Shown piece after piece: positions 18,626-27,696 of a DNA stretch of 64,000 bases. The translations under genes were made by a program, and so were the position numbers. The DNA is taken from positions 62,001-126,000 of the IMG/VR virus record IMGVR_UViG_3300028394_002328, one strand, 5' to 3'. The notes below the pieces were generated by a model that saw only the letters and a program-made list of their open reading frames with translations, made no database searches and was not told the DNA's origin. The first letter of the stretch is position 1; each line of letters opens with the position of its first letter.

Positions 18626-19606
18626 ATGGCAAGTCTAGCAGAAATCCGCGCTCGTATTTCAGCGCAAGAAAACAAGTCAACCAAGGGCTCTAACGCCCAA
18701 TCAGATAACGCAATCTACCCCCACTGGAACATGGATGAAGGTACTTCAGCTACCCTTCGTTTTATTCCAGATGCTAATCCAAAGAATGAATTCTTTTGGG
18801 TAGAGCGAGCGATGATTAAACTCCCATTCAACGGAGTTAAAGGTGATTCTAATACTAAACAAATTCAGGTACAAGTCCCATGCGTAGAAATGTATGGTGA
18901 TAACTGCCCTATTTTGGCAGAAGTTCGTCCATGGTATAAGGACGAAAGTCTTAAGGAAATGGCTAACAAGTATTGGAAGAAACGCAGTTATATTTTTCAA
19001 GGGTTCGTTCGTCAAAACCCTATTCAGGATGACAAGACTCCTGCGAATCCTATTCGTAGGTTTATTATCAGCCCACAAATTATTCCTATTATCCGTACTG
19101 GTTTGATGGATCCCGAGATCCTAGAACTTCCTACTGATTATGTTCGTGGATTGGATTTTAAAATTATTAAAACCAGCAAAGGTGGTTATGCTGACTACAG
19201 TACCAGTAATTGGTCTCGTAGGGAAAGCGCACTGACCGAAGCCGAGCAACAAGCAATTGAAGAACACGGTCTTTTCAACTTGGTAGACTTCTTGCCCAAG
19301 AAGCCTAGTGAGGCTGAATTGCGTATTATCAAAGAAATGTTTGAAGCAAGTGTTGAAGGTCGTCCATACGATAATGATCGTTGGGGAGCATACTATCGTC
19401 CATATGGTCTAGAAGCACCTGCAGGAGCAACAGCGGTACAAACACAAGCGACTACTAGTAGCGCACCCGCAACAGCACCCGTAGCAGATCCACATGATGA
19501 CCATGATGATGAAGCATCAAGTCCAGTTGTAGTTCCCAAAAATGCTCAAAGCGATAAAGCGCAAGACATTTTGGCAATGATCCGAGCCAGACAAAAATCT
19601 GCTTAA
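18626..19606 (+). CDS. Single-stranded DNA-binding protein (T4 gp32-like)
   Basis: LRFIPD, CVEMYGDNCPI, KKRSYIFQG, RGLDFKIIKT.KGGYADYSTS and acidic tail. Confidence 0.85.
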   Translation: MASLAEIRARISAQENKSTKGSNAQSDNAIYPHWNMDEGTSATLRFIPDANPKNEFFWVERAMIKLPFNGVKGDSNTKQIQVQVPCVEMYGDNCPILAEVRPWYKDESLKEMANKYWKKRSYIFQGFVRQNPIQDDKTPANPIRRFIISPQIIPIIRTGLMDPEILELPTDYVRGLDFKIIKTSKGGYADYSTSNWSRRESALTEAEQQAIEEHGLFNLVDFLPKKPSEAELRIIKEMFEASVEGRPYDNDRWGAYYRPYGLEAPAGATAVQTQATTSSAPATAPVADPHDDHDDEASSPVVVPKNAQSDKAQDILAMIRARQKSA

Positions 19607-19649
19607 TAGGAGTTAGGGAGCATCTGCTCCCTTACTTAGGAGAATTCCC

Positions 19650-19886
19650 ATGACATTACCAGACGAAAGATTCCGTGCCCTTAAGCAAGGCAAAAAACTA
19701 CTTGAGGAGTTATGCGATCCAGGTCGCACTCCTCGTGTTCCCAGCTTAGTCAGGGATAAGGCAAGGGCCGCTCTAAGACATTATCCTAGTGATTACGAAT
19801 TGGATCGCATTGCGGATCAATGTCCAGATATCCTTGACAAATTATCGTTTGCTGATAAACTATATGCTAGTGGAATACACAAATAA
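19650..19886 (+). CDS. Hypothetical protein
   Basis: AGGAG RBS; MTLPDERFRAL...PRVP..VR..AR..LRHYP. Confidence 0.7.
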   Translation: MTLPDERFRALKQGKKLLEELCDPGRTPRVPSLVRDKARAALRHYPSDYELDRIADQCPDILDKLSFADKLYASGIHK

Positions 19887-19899
19887 TAAGGAAATGAAA

Positions 19900-20091
19900 A
19901 TGACAAAATTGAACAAACTAGAAAAAGTAAACGAATCGTTTACTGTGAATCGTTACGATAATGGTTACATGATTGAAGTAACTGGTCGTGACCAAGAAAA
20001 TGATTGGAAAACTTGTAAAATCCTTTGTACTTCAGATGAAGAATTGTTTGAGGTAATCAAAGAAGCATTGGCAATGGAATTGGATAGTTAA
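19900..20091 (+). CDS. Hypothetical protein
   Basis: AAGGA RBS; MTKLNKLEKVNESFTVNRYDNGYMIEV. Confidence 0.65.
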   Translation: MTKLNKLEKVNESFTVNRYDNGYMIEVTGRDQENDWKTCKILCTSDEELFEVIKEALAMELDS

Positions 20092-20092
20092 G

Positions 20093-21160
20093 ATGGCAAA
20101 ACCTTTTGATGTATCAAAATTTAGAAAGGATATCACAAAGTCTATTGAAGGACTTTCAATTGGATTTAATGATCCAACAGATTGGATCAGTACAGGAAAT
20201 TATGCTCTCAACTACCTCATTAGTGGTGATTTTAATAAAGGCGTTCCTCTTGGAAAGGTTACTGTCTTTGCCGGAGAATCAGGTGCAGGTAAATCATTCA
20301 TCTGCTCAGGAAACTTAGTACGCCATGCTCAACAACAAGGTATCTTCGTAGTATTGATTGATACAGAAAATGCCCTTGATGAAAAATGGCTACACGCACT
20401 AGGTGTATCAACTGATGAAGATAAACTTCTGAAATTGAATATGGCTATGATTGATGATGTGGGTAAAACTATATCAGAATTTATGAAATCATATAAAATT
20501 CTACCTGAAACTGATAAGCCAAAGGTCTTGTTTGTACTTGATTCATTGGGTATGTTATTGACACCAACTGATGTTAATCAATTTGAAGCAGGTGATATGA
20601 AAGGTGATATGGGTCGTAAGCCTAAAGCACTAACCGCACTTGTTCGTAACTGTGTTAATATGTTCGGTAATCATAATGTAGGATTAGTTGCTACTAATCA
20701 CACATACGCAAGTCAGGATATGTTTGATCCAGATGATAAAATCAGTGGTGGTCAAGGTTTTGTTTACGCATCTTCAATTGTAGTTGCTATGAAAAAATTG
20801 AAACTCAAAGAAGATGAGGATGGTAATAAAATTAGTGATGTAAGAGGTATTCGTGCATCATGTAAGATTATGAAAACTCGCTATGCGAAACCATTTGAAT
20901 CAGTTCAAGTTAAAATCCCTTATGAAACAGGTATGAGCCCTTATTCAGGAATGCTTGATATGATTGAAAAGGCTGAACTTGTTAAGAAAGAAGGTAACAG
21001 TCTTGTTTACACTACCCTTGATGGTGAAATCATTAAGAAGTTTCGCAAAGCATGGGAAGCAAATACAGATGGTTGCTTGGATAAAGTAATGAGTGAGTAT
21101 AGTCAAAAAACAAATCGTAAGATAAGTAATGTATTACCTGAGGAGGAAAATGCAGAATGA
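20093..21160 (+). CDS. uvsX: RecA-like recombinase (UvsX)
   Basis: GESGAGKS Walker A, LIDTENA, VLDSLG, SGGQGFVYASS. Confidence 0.93.
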   Translation: MAKPFDVSKFRKDITKSIEGLSIGFNDPTDWISTGNYALNYLISGDFNKGVPLGKVTVFAGESGAGKSFICSGNLVRHAQQQGIFVVLIDTENALDEKWLHALGVSTDEDKLLKLNMAMIDDVGKTISEFMKSYKILPETDKPKVLFVLDSLGMLLTPTDVNQFEAGDMKGDMGRKPKALTALVRNCVNMFGNHNVGLVATNHTYASQDMFDPDDKISGGQGFVYASSIVVAMKKLKLKEDEDGNKISDVRGIRASCKIMKTRYAKPFESVQVKIPYETGMSPYSGMLDMIEKAELVKKEGNSLVYTTLDGEIIKKFRKAWEANTDGCLDKVMSEYSQKTNRKISNVLPEEENAE

Positions 21161-21405
21161 GTCTAGATATTATTTCATCCGTGTGGGATGCATTGGTTAC
21201 ACACATTGATTTGAATGAGCGTAAATATGCAGCCGAAACATTAGTTGATTTTTTAATTGATAATGATTTTTCATCAAATGATATTTTAGAGCATTTCCAA
21301 GGTGACTCTGAAATAACTCATGCAATTAAAGGGTGGGTTGATCAATACGGTGATGATAATTATGATGATCCATACGACATCGACGATTATGACGATTGGC
21401 TTTAA
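21157..21405 (+). CDS. Small acidic hypothetical protein
   Basis: Sits between uvsX and uvsY, with an Asp-rich C-terminus. Confidence 0.65.
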   Translation: MSLDIISSVWDALVTHIDLNERKYAAETLVDFLIDNDFSSNDILEHFQGDSEITHAIKGWVDQYGDDNYDDPYDIDDYDDWL

Positions 21406-21864
21406 ATGAATTGGTATACGAAAATATCGCAAGACCTTTCTATTATACCTGATTTCATAACATACTACGAATTAGAACTAGTTTCATCTAAAAAAGAAGT
21501 GACCATATACGGCAATGTTGAAAAAAACATTGCCGGCTTACCCGGTATTACTGAGCATAGATTTAACCAGCTTCAAGAAATTGAGGCTGTGTTAAATTTC
21601 CTCAATATTAAACTTAGGCAAATTCGCCGAAAACATTTTCAAAAATATTTAGAAGCGTATAATAGAGCATTGACTAGCCGTGATGCTGAAAAGTATGTTG
21701 ATGGCGAAGATGAAGTTATTGATTTTGAAACACTTATTAATGAAGTAGCCTTGTTAAGAAATAAATGGTTAGGTGTTATGAAAGGATTAGAATCAAAAAA
21801 CTTTATGCTAGGCCATGTAGTTCGTTTAAGAGCAGCCGGCATGGAAGACATTCAAATAGGATAA
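21406..21864 (+). CDS. uvsY: Recombination mediator (UvsY-like)
   Basis: Helical protein with YLEAYNRALTSRDAEKYVDGE and KGLESKNFML..V.LR.AGMED; next to uvsX. Confidence 0.8.
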   Translation: MNWYTKISQDLSIIPDFITYYELELVSSKKEVTIYGNVEKNIAGLPGITEHRFNQLQEIEAVLNFLNIKLRQIRRKHFQKYLEAYNRALTSRDAEKYVDGEDEVIDFETLINEVALLRNKWLGVMKGLESKNFMLGHVVRLRAAGMEDIQIG

Positions 21865-21867
21865 AAA

Positions 21868-22662
21868 ATGTCAAATATTAGTATTAGAGGGTTAAAGCAA
21901 TATAATTCTCAAGCCGCGGCACTGGCTACTCAACAGTTGTACTGGAATAATATAGCATCAATTCCAGCCATTAATTTAAATGATATACTAACATCTCAAC
22001 CTTATAACACAGACTATGTGAAAAAATACGAAATTATTGAAACTACCGAAGACGCCCTTGTAGTTAGTGTAACACATAAACGGTTAACTTCTACTAAAAA
22101 TTATCGTAGTGGGATTCCTCTTAGAAATATGTTAGATTCGCAAATTTTTGATAACATCACTGATGAGGATCGAGAAATTGCTAATAAAATACGAACTTAT
22201 TACGCTCATCAATTTGTAATGTGGACTCTAAAGGGTATTAGACTTACTAAATTTAGAGATTGTTTGAATAATTATATCAATGGTGATAGTAAACGTTTTA
22301 AAGAAGAATACATTCCTATCATAGCCAAGTTGCCGTATTTTTATGAATATGATATTCAACTAGATGAAATTAAAAGATCCATCGATAGTGAAATTAATAT
22401 TGATAAAAGTTTACAAATAACGGCACATTGTATGACTCCAATTAAATCGTTGGTTCGTAAAAATAAACGAATTAAGTGTATTGAATATTGGCTTAGTGAT
22501 ACAAACAATCATGCTTATAAGATTCAAATAGAAATCAACAATCCATTGCAACATTTGTGGGATAATATTTTTAAACAAGAAATGAAAATTACTGGTATCG
22601 GCGTACCCAAACGCAGAGATGATTTTAAATATTACCAACTTTTAAACTGGTCCATAGCTTGA
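21868..22662 (+). CDS. Hypothetical protein
   Basis: 264-aa ORF with no recognised motif. Confidence 0.65.
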   Translation: MSNISIRGLKQYNSQAAALATQQLYWNNIASIPAINLNDILTSQPYNTDYVKKYEIIETTEDALVVSVTHKRLTSTKNYRSGIPLRNMLDSQIFDNITDEDREIANKIRTYYAHQFVMWTLKGIRLTKFRDCLNNYINGDSKRFKEEYIPIIAKLPYFYEYDIQLDEIKRSIDSEINIDKSLQITAHCMTPIKSLVRKNKRIKCIEYWLSDTNNHAYKIQIEINNPLQHLWDNIFKQEMKITGIGVPKRRDDFKYYQLLNWSIA

Positions 22663-22687
22663 CAGGAAATCAAGTTTGAACTATACT
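22659..22687 (+). promoter_or_regulatory. sigma70-type promoter
   Basis: TTGACA-17-TATACT. Confidence 0.8.
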
Positions 22688-22707
22688 ATACTTTTGATGG
22701 AGAACAC

Positions 22708-22926
22708 ATGAGTAGACTAGCATTTATCGGCCGGCCGTGGGTGGCATTTGAAGCAACAGATCCACAGCACCGTGAGTGGTTTGCAGAATTTCGGAAGTTA
22801 GGCACTTGGGGCAAATGCCCTGTGCGATTCATCATTCCGGATGATCACGGTGATCTTATTACTATGATCCAACGACGGTTGATTGATTTTTATGTAGGTA
22901 AAGAATTTGGATCAACAAATGGCTAG
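22708..22926 (+). CDS. Hypothetical protein
   Basis: GGAG RBS after the promoter. Confidence 0.7.
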   Translation: MSRLAFIGRPWVAFEATDPQHREWFAEFRKLGTWGKCPVRFIIPDDHGDLITMIQRRLIDFYVGKEFGSTNG

Positions 22927-23134
22927 GATTATCCTAAGTTGTGGGCATGAGGTATTTGATTTCAAACATTCATATCATACCATGACCAAAGGTACAGATA
23001 AGTATGGCGACCGAGCCATCGTATATCAAACTGTTTGTGGGACATGTGAAGATCGTTATAGGCAACAGGGTCAGATTTTTGACTTTGAAGAAGTAGCATA
23101 TCAATGGGTTAGTAAAGGTCAAAAAAACACTTAG
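22919..23134 (+). CDS. Small Cys-containing hypothetical protein
   Basis: LSCGH and VCGTC suggest a Zn ribbon. Confidence 0.55.
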   Translation: MARIILSCGHEVFDFKHSYHTMTKGTDKYGDRAIVYQTVCGTCEDRYRQQGQIFDFEEVAYQWVSKGQKNT

Positions 23135-23150
23135 ACTAAGGATTATTGAA

Positions 23151-23459
23151 ATGAAAAAAGTTATCCGTGATGGTAAAGTTGCTGTACTGTATAGCCCGGG
23201 TTATGGAGCAGGGTGGTATTCTTGGCATAGTATTCCTGAACTGATCTATGATCCTGTGGTTGTAGAAATGGTCGAGAATCTAACCCCTTCTGAAGACATT
23301 GTAACATATTGTGAAGATAGATATCCTGAGGGTTACTATGGCGGTGCCGAAGATTTGACCATCTATTGGATTAATGAGGCCGAAGAATTCATCATAGAAC
23401 AATACGATGGTTCAGAAAGCATCCAATTCAAATCTCAAATGAAATGGTTGAAAGCCTAG
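23151..23459 (+). CDS. Hypothetical protein
   Basis: AAGGA RBS; VAVLYSPGYGAGWYSW motif. Confidence 0.7.
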   Translation: MKKVIRDGKVAVLYSPGYGAGWYSWHSIPELIYDPVVVEMVENLTPSEDIVTYCEDRYPEGYYGGAEDLTIYWINEAEEFIIEQYDGSESIQFKSQMKWLKA

Positions 23460-23519
23460 GTTGACATTAAATCTGTGGTAGCGTATACTAAGGTATACAC
23501 TGAGAAAAGGGAGTTAGAT

Positions 23520-23714
23520 ATGAGTGCAATGGGCAGGCTTTATACAGAAATTCAAGAACTCTTAGAAGACGGAGTATTCCCGACGGTGATTGCAAGTCGG
23601 CTTGAGGTTCCCCTAAGTTGGGTAGATCAGATCCGCATGGATTTGGATGAGCCCGATTTGCCCTATGATAGTGAGGAACAGTTCCAAGATTACGATTCAG
23701 CCCTAGAAGGTTGA
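23520..23714 (+). CDS. Small acidic early protein
   Basis: GGGAG RBS, ATG 23520. Confidence 0.65.
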   Translation: MSAMGRLYTEIQELLEDGVFPTVIASRLEVPLSWVDQIRMDLDEPDLPYDSEEQFQDYDSALEG

Positions 23715-23772
23715 CAATAATTTGGTTTGGGCGTATAATCTATACATAGACAGTTAACTAACGGAGCAGAAA

Positions 23773-24039
23773 ATGTTCGTTGTTTTTCACACTGAATTTC
23801 CGAAACAAGACAAGCGTTATTTCAAGACCAAGGCAGGTGCCAAGCGTAGTGCTACCTGTGCTAATCGGAACGCAGGTAAGTTTGTCTACAACTTTGTGGA
23901 AGAATCTTGGTTCGAACTCAAGTATGGCCCGGTGGGTACTAAGGTCGTCAAGAACCTGATGACTGGTAAGGATATTGAAATTGCCGAGGATACTCCTTGG
24001 TGTTGTAACCCCGCTAGCGAAGCGTATTGGAGTAACTAA
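23773..24039 (+). CDS. Early hypothetical protein
   Basis: Own promoter and RBS; ends CCNPASEAYWSN. Confidence 0.75.
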   Translation: MFVVFHTEFPKQDKRYFKTKAGAKRSATCANRNAGKFVYNFVEESWFELKYGPVGTKVVKNLMTGKDIEIAEDTPWCCNPASEAYWSN

Positions 24040-24102
24040 TTATTTGACAATAATTCGGTTTGGGCGTATAATAGATTCATACACTGAGAAAACGGAGTTG
24101 TC

Positions 24103-24432
24103 ATGAATATGCTAGAAAAAGAAACCCAGTTCAAAAGCGCGGGTTACTATGCATGGTGTGCTTCTAGGGACGCAAGTATGCGTAGCGCGGTCAACGCTAG
24201 CCGGTTCAGTAGCGCCCAAAAACTCAGGGCCGACCGAGTAAAATTGGCACTAGAGTTGGTCTATACGGCTAAGGAAGTGTCAATCACTAACTGCCAAAAA
24301 TGGATCCGCGTTAAGGTACATGGTGGGACGGTTCGTGACAAAAAAGCCCTCCAACTGTTGGAAAGTGATTGGGCCATGCAAGGGATCCAAAAAAACATCA
24401 CCCCTCAGGGCGTGATTTATCGTGTTGCTTAA
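24103..24432 (+). CDS. Early hypothetical protein
   Basis: Own promoter and RBS. Confidence 0.75.
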   Translation: MNMLEKETQFKSAGYYAWCASRDASMRSAVNASRFSSAQKLRADRVKLALELVYTAKEVSITNCQKWIRVKVHGGTVRDKKALQLLESDWAMQGIQKNITPQGVIYRVA

Positions 24433-24510
24433 AAACAACAAGCCCAAAATTTGACAATAATTGGGCTTGTCTGTATAATAGATTCATACACTGAGAAAAC
24501 GGAGAAACAA

Positions 24511-24924
24511 ATGGCTTATATCAATCAGGAACGTAAAGCGAAATTGGCCCCCACAATCAAGGCAATCTTGACCAAGTATGGTGTCAAGGGTTCGCTAAGT
24601 GTTCGTAATCACAGCACCCTGGTTCTGACCCTGAAGTCGGGAAAAATTGATTTCATCGGCAGCAGTAACCGAGTTTGCGGTAATGATTTTTACCAAGTTT
24701 CACGTGGTTTCAAGCCTAACACCTCGGGCTACTGTGATGTTAATCCGTACTGGTACAAGGATCACTATGACGGCGTTGCACTGTCCTTTCTCAAGGAAGT
24801 GATTGTAGCCATGAACGATGGCAACCACGACAATTCGGATATTCAATCCGACTATTTTGATGTGGGCTGGTATATTGATGTTAACGTTGGTAAGTGGGAT
24901 AAGCCTTACACTGTTGAAGCCTAA
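24511..24924 (+). CDS. Early hypothetical protein
   Basis: Own promoter and RBS; MAYINQERK...DIQSDYFDVGWY. Confidence 0.8.
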   Translation: MAYINQERKAKLAPTIKAILTKYGVKGSLSVRNHSTLVLTLKSGKIDFIGSSNRVCGNDFYQVSRGFKPNTSGYCDVNPYWYKDHYDGVALSFLKEVIVAMNDGNHDNSDIQSDYFDVGWYIDVNVGKWDKPYTVEA

Positions 24925-24946
24925 TCAGGCATACAAGGAGAACACC

Positions 24947-25159
24947 GTGGGTTACAAAGTTTTGGCAGACAAATTTCAGATGGACGAGATGCGTACCAAA
25001 TATGGCCCACGTAAGGGCTTAGAAGGTCCGTTTAACTTCTCGGGTCGGGTTCTGTACTATGATATGAAGGAGGGTCAATACTATGACCCTAAGACCGACT
25101 TCTACGTGGAACAGGCCGAAATGGATCTGATTCACAATCAGTTAATTGCCAAACTTTGA
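24947..25159 (+). CDS. Early hypothetical protein
   Basis: AAGGAG RBS then GTG 24947; GLEGPF...LYYD.KEGQYYDP.TDFY. Confidence 0.7.
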   Translation: MGYKVLADKFQMDEMRTKYGPRKGLEGPFNFSGRVLYYDMKEGQYYDPKTDFYVEQAEMDLIHNQLIAKL

Positions 25160-25173
25160 TAGGCAATTTAATA

Positions 25174-25338
25174 ATGAAAGCCGCTTTTTATGTACGGTGT
25201 GCCGAGTGTCAGGAACAACATTATGTGGATGAGGTAGAATTCCTCGATGTTGAGGAAGATTATATGGGCCGAGACATTATGCATTTTGTATGCTCGGAAA
25301 CACAGGAAGAATCCAAATCTTTGGTATATAAAGAATGA
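25174..25338 (+). CDS. Small Zn-ribbon-like hypothetical protein
   Basis: CAEC and distal Cys. Confidence 0.5.
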   Translation: MKAAFYVRCAECQEQHYVDEVEFLDVEEDYMGRDIMHFVCSETQEESKSLVYKE

Positions 25339-25363
25339 ATAAATTAGCAGGAGTGAGGTCACT

Positions 25364-25759
25364 GTGGTTCATGAATTATTTGAAGGATTAGAAGAAAATA
25401 CAAAACTTTGCACCATGTGCAATAGAATTTTACCTGTTCATAATTTTGGAAAAGAAGGTAGTAAAGGGTATTTAAGATACGAGTGTAGGCAATGTGCAAA
25501 AAATCAAGTAAGGATTGTGGCGAAAATTAAAAAGTCTGCACCACCAATTCCCAAAGACCACGCTTGTCCAGTATGTCAACGCACAGCAGATAAATTAACT
25601 ACTTACGGAAAGAATAAAAAATCAGTTTGGGTAGCAGACCACAATCACGAGACAGAAGAATTTCGAGGATGGTTATGCCATAAATGTAATTTAGGATTAG
25701 GAAATTTAGGTGATGATGCCGAACGATGTAAACGGGCTTCGGAGTACCTTTCCTTATAA
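25364..25759 (+). CDS. Endonuclease VII-like (His-Me finger) nuclease
   Basis: CPVC...VADHNHETEEFRGWLCHKCNLGLG, plus N-terminal CxxC pairs. Confidence 0.85.
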   Translation: MVHELFEGLEENTKLCTMCNRILPVHNFGKEGSKGYLRYECRQCAKNQVRIVAKIKKSAPPIPKDHACPVCQRTADKLTTYGKNKKSVWVADHNHETEEFRGWLCHKCNLGLGNLGDDAERCKRASEYLSL

Positions 25760-25827
25760 GAAGTGAGGTTGACAATAAATGGTTTTGGGCATATAATAGA
25801 ATCTTAGACAGTTAGATAACGGAGTAA

Positions 25828-26064
25828 GTGATGCAAGTAGGTGATATTGTTAAGTCCTTGGATTTCAATGGTATTGACAATTGCTACATGATCGGTAAGG
25901 TCGTTGGGATTCAATACGACGGTCTCTTCCGAGCAAAATTCATCAAGCGGGTTTGGGAAGGTGTCGAGGATCGCAAATTCAAGACCGACTTTTTTACCGC
26001 TCCTCTTCAGGGAGAACAGTTCATGGATCGTGACGATTCTCCCCGTGTTATCGTAATCGCCTAA
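25828..26064 (+). CDS. Early hypothetical protein
   Basis: Own promoter and GGAG RBS. Confidence 0.7.
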   Translation: MMQVGDIVKSLDFNGIDNCYMIGKVVGIQYDGLFRAKFIKRVWEGVEDRKFKTDFFTAPLQGEQFMDRDDSPRVIVIA

Positions 26065-26075
26065 TAGGAAACATC

Positions 26076-26291
26076 ATGTACACACAATACTCAACCGTTC
26101 TCAGCACTATCCGTCTCAGCGATATCCGTACTGGTAGCATTGTAGTTGTGCGTGGTGACTTTGGCTTGGGAATGTCTCACATTGCCTCGGTAGACTATGT
26201 GGAAGACAACATCAAAAACGGCAAGCCAGGCATTGCTTACGGCCGTAGCTGGGCTTACTTGGATCAAGTAGTTCAGGTGCTCAAGTACTAA
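26076..26291 (+). CDS. Early hypothetical protein
   Basis: AGGA RBS. Confidence 0.65.
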   Translation: MYTQYSTVLSTIRLSDIRTGSIVVVRGDFGLGMSHIASVDYVEDNIKNGKPGIAYGRSWAYLDQVVQVLKY

Positions 26292-26352
26292 CCGGTTGAC
26301 AATAATTGGACCTTCTAGTATACTGTATATATTAACTCAAAAGGAAGATGAA

Positions 26353-26514
26353 ATGACTATTGACTCTGTGACCGATCTCATCATTATTGTTGCCTTTGGA
26401 TTCACCCTGTTCCAAATGGGCCGGTGCTATGAGATTTTGGTAGAAATGCGTAAGAGCAACGAGGAACACCAGCGGAAAATGGATGAAATCAGCATCCCTA
26501 AGTTGGGCTATTGA
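26353..26514 (+). CDS. Small membrane-anchored early protein
   Basis: Hydrophobic stretch LIIIVAFGFTLF; own promoter. Confidence 0.55.
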   Translation: MTIDSVTDLIIIVAFGFTLFQMGRCYEILVEMRKSNEEHQRKMDEISIPKLGY

Positions 26515-26575
26515 TTTGACAATAAATGAGTTTGGGTGTATAATGTATACATACACTGAGAAAACGGAGTAACAA

Positions 26576-27610
26576 GTGGCACAAGTTCTTATCAAATACG
26601 GCGAGTATCGCAATCTGCCCGTGATCAATACCCGATTCACCCTTGTCAAGGACTTTCAGCAAGGCAAGAAAGGTGCTTACATCACCGTTAAGAACGATGG
26701 ACAATTTCCAATCGCTATTAGCGTGGTTAAGGTTAAAGTAAATAATGTTATGAATGTAGAATATCTTGATGGAGAACCTGTGATGGCACAGACCGTAGAA
26801 TTTAAAGCACAAAAAACCCCCGCGGTCGAGACCGAGCAAGAAGCAATGGATCGTATTGCTACCCGTTTTCAGATCCTTGATGACATGTCCAAGGCATGTA
26901 TCAACGGTGATATCCGCGCAATGATTGTGTCAGGTCCTCCGGGAGTTGGCAAATCGTTTGGAGTTGAAAACCAACTAGAAAAATCCTCAACATTTGATCG
27001 GATTGCTAGTAAACGTATCCGTTTTGAAATTGTCAAAGGTGCAATGACTCCAATTGGACTGTACTGTACTCTGTACAAGTACTCTGATCCAAAGAACGTC
27101 CTAGTCTTTGACGATTGCGATTCAGTCTTCCAAGATGATCTGGCTCTGAACATTCTCAAGGCTGCCCTTGACAGTGGTAAACGTCGGCGCATTTGCTGGA
27201 ACTCTGACAGTTCTATGCTTCGCCGTGAAGGCATCCCCGAGTCGTTTGAATTCAAAGGTTCGGCAATCTTTATCACTAACTTGAAGTTTGAGAACCTCAA
27301 GTCTAAGAAACTGCAGGATCACCTCGAGGCTCTGCAAAGTCGGTGTCACTTTCTTGACCTGACTATTGATACAGAGCGTGATAAGATTCTCCGAATCAAG
27401 CAGGTTCATCGTGATTGTGACGGTGGTTTGTTTAAAGACTATGATTTTGAAGGTGACGAGGCTGATCAGATCCTCAACTTCATGGAAGCAAACAAATCCA
27501 AACTCCGTGAGTTGTCGCTACGCATGGCACTAAAGATTGCGGATCTGACTAAAGTGTCAGCCTCAAACTGGCGTGTACTTGCTGAAAGCACTGTGATGAA
27601 GCGCGGTTAA
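26576..27610 (+). CDS. AAA+ ATPase with SRC motif
   Basis: GPPGVGKS, VFDDCD, IFITN, LQSRCH. Confidence 0.8.
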   Translation: MAQVLIKYGEYRNLPVINTRFTLVKDFQQGKKGAYITVKNDGQFPIAISVVKVKVNNVMNVEYLDGEPVMAQTVEFKAQKTPAVETEQEAMDRIATRFQILDDMSKACINGDIRAMIVSGPPGVGKSFGVENQLEKSSTFDRIASKRIRFEIVKGAMTPIGLYCTLYKYSDPKNVLVFDDCDSVFQDDLALNILKAALDSGKRRRICWNSDSSMLRREGIPESFEFKGSAIFITNLKFENLKSKKLQDHLEALQSRCHFLDLTIDTERDKILRIKQVHRDCDGGLFKDYDFEGDEADQILNFMEANKSKLRELSLRMALKIADLTKVSASNWRVLAESTVMKRG

Positions 27611-27627
27611 TAATATTGCTTGGTTTT

Positions 27628-27651
27628 AGGGGGAGAAATCCCCCTTTTTTT
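27628..27651 (+). terminator. Rho-independent terminator
   Basis: AGGGGGA-GAAA-TCCCCCT followed by TTTTTT. Confidence 0.85.
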
Positions 27652-27696
27652 GCCTTTTAACTTGAATAATTTTTTGGATGGCTATATACTTGTAGG

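Larger units (their letters stand above)
23461..26575 (+). repeat. Array of repeated early promoter plus leader cassettes
   Basis: TTGACA-17-TATAAT/TATACT at 23461, 23711, 24044, 24451, 25769, 26296 and 26516. Leader ACACTGAGAAAACGGAG at 24081, 24488 and 26553 (1 mismatch at 23497). Leader GACAGTTAxxTAACGGAG follows the 23711 and 25769 promoters. Confidence 0.9.

Noticed and set aside
23461-26575. CRISPR array
   Set aside because: The repeats are promoter/leader modules with irregular, gene-sized spacing; no constant spacers and no cas genes.
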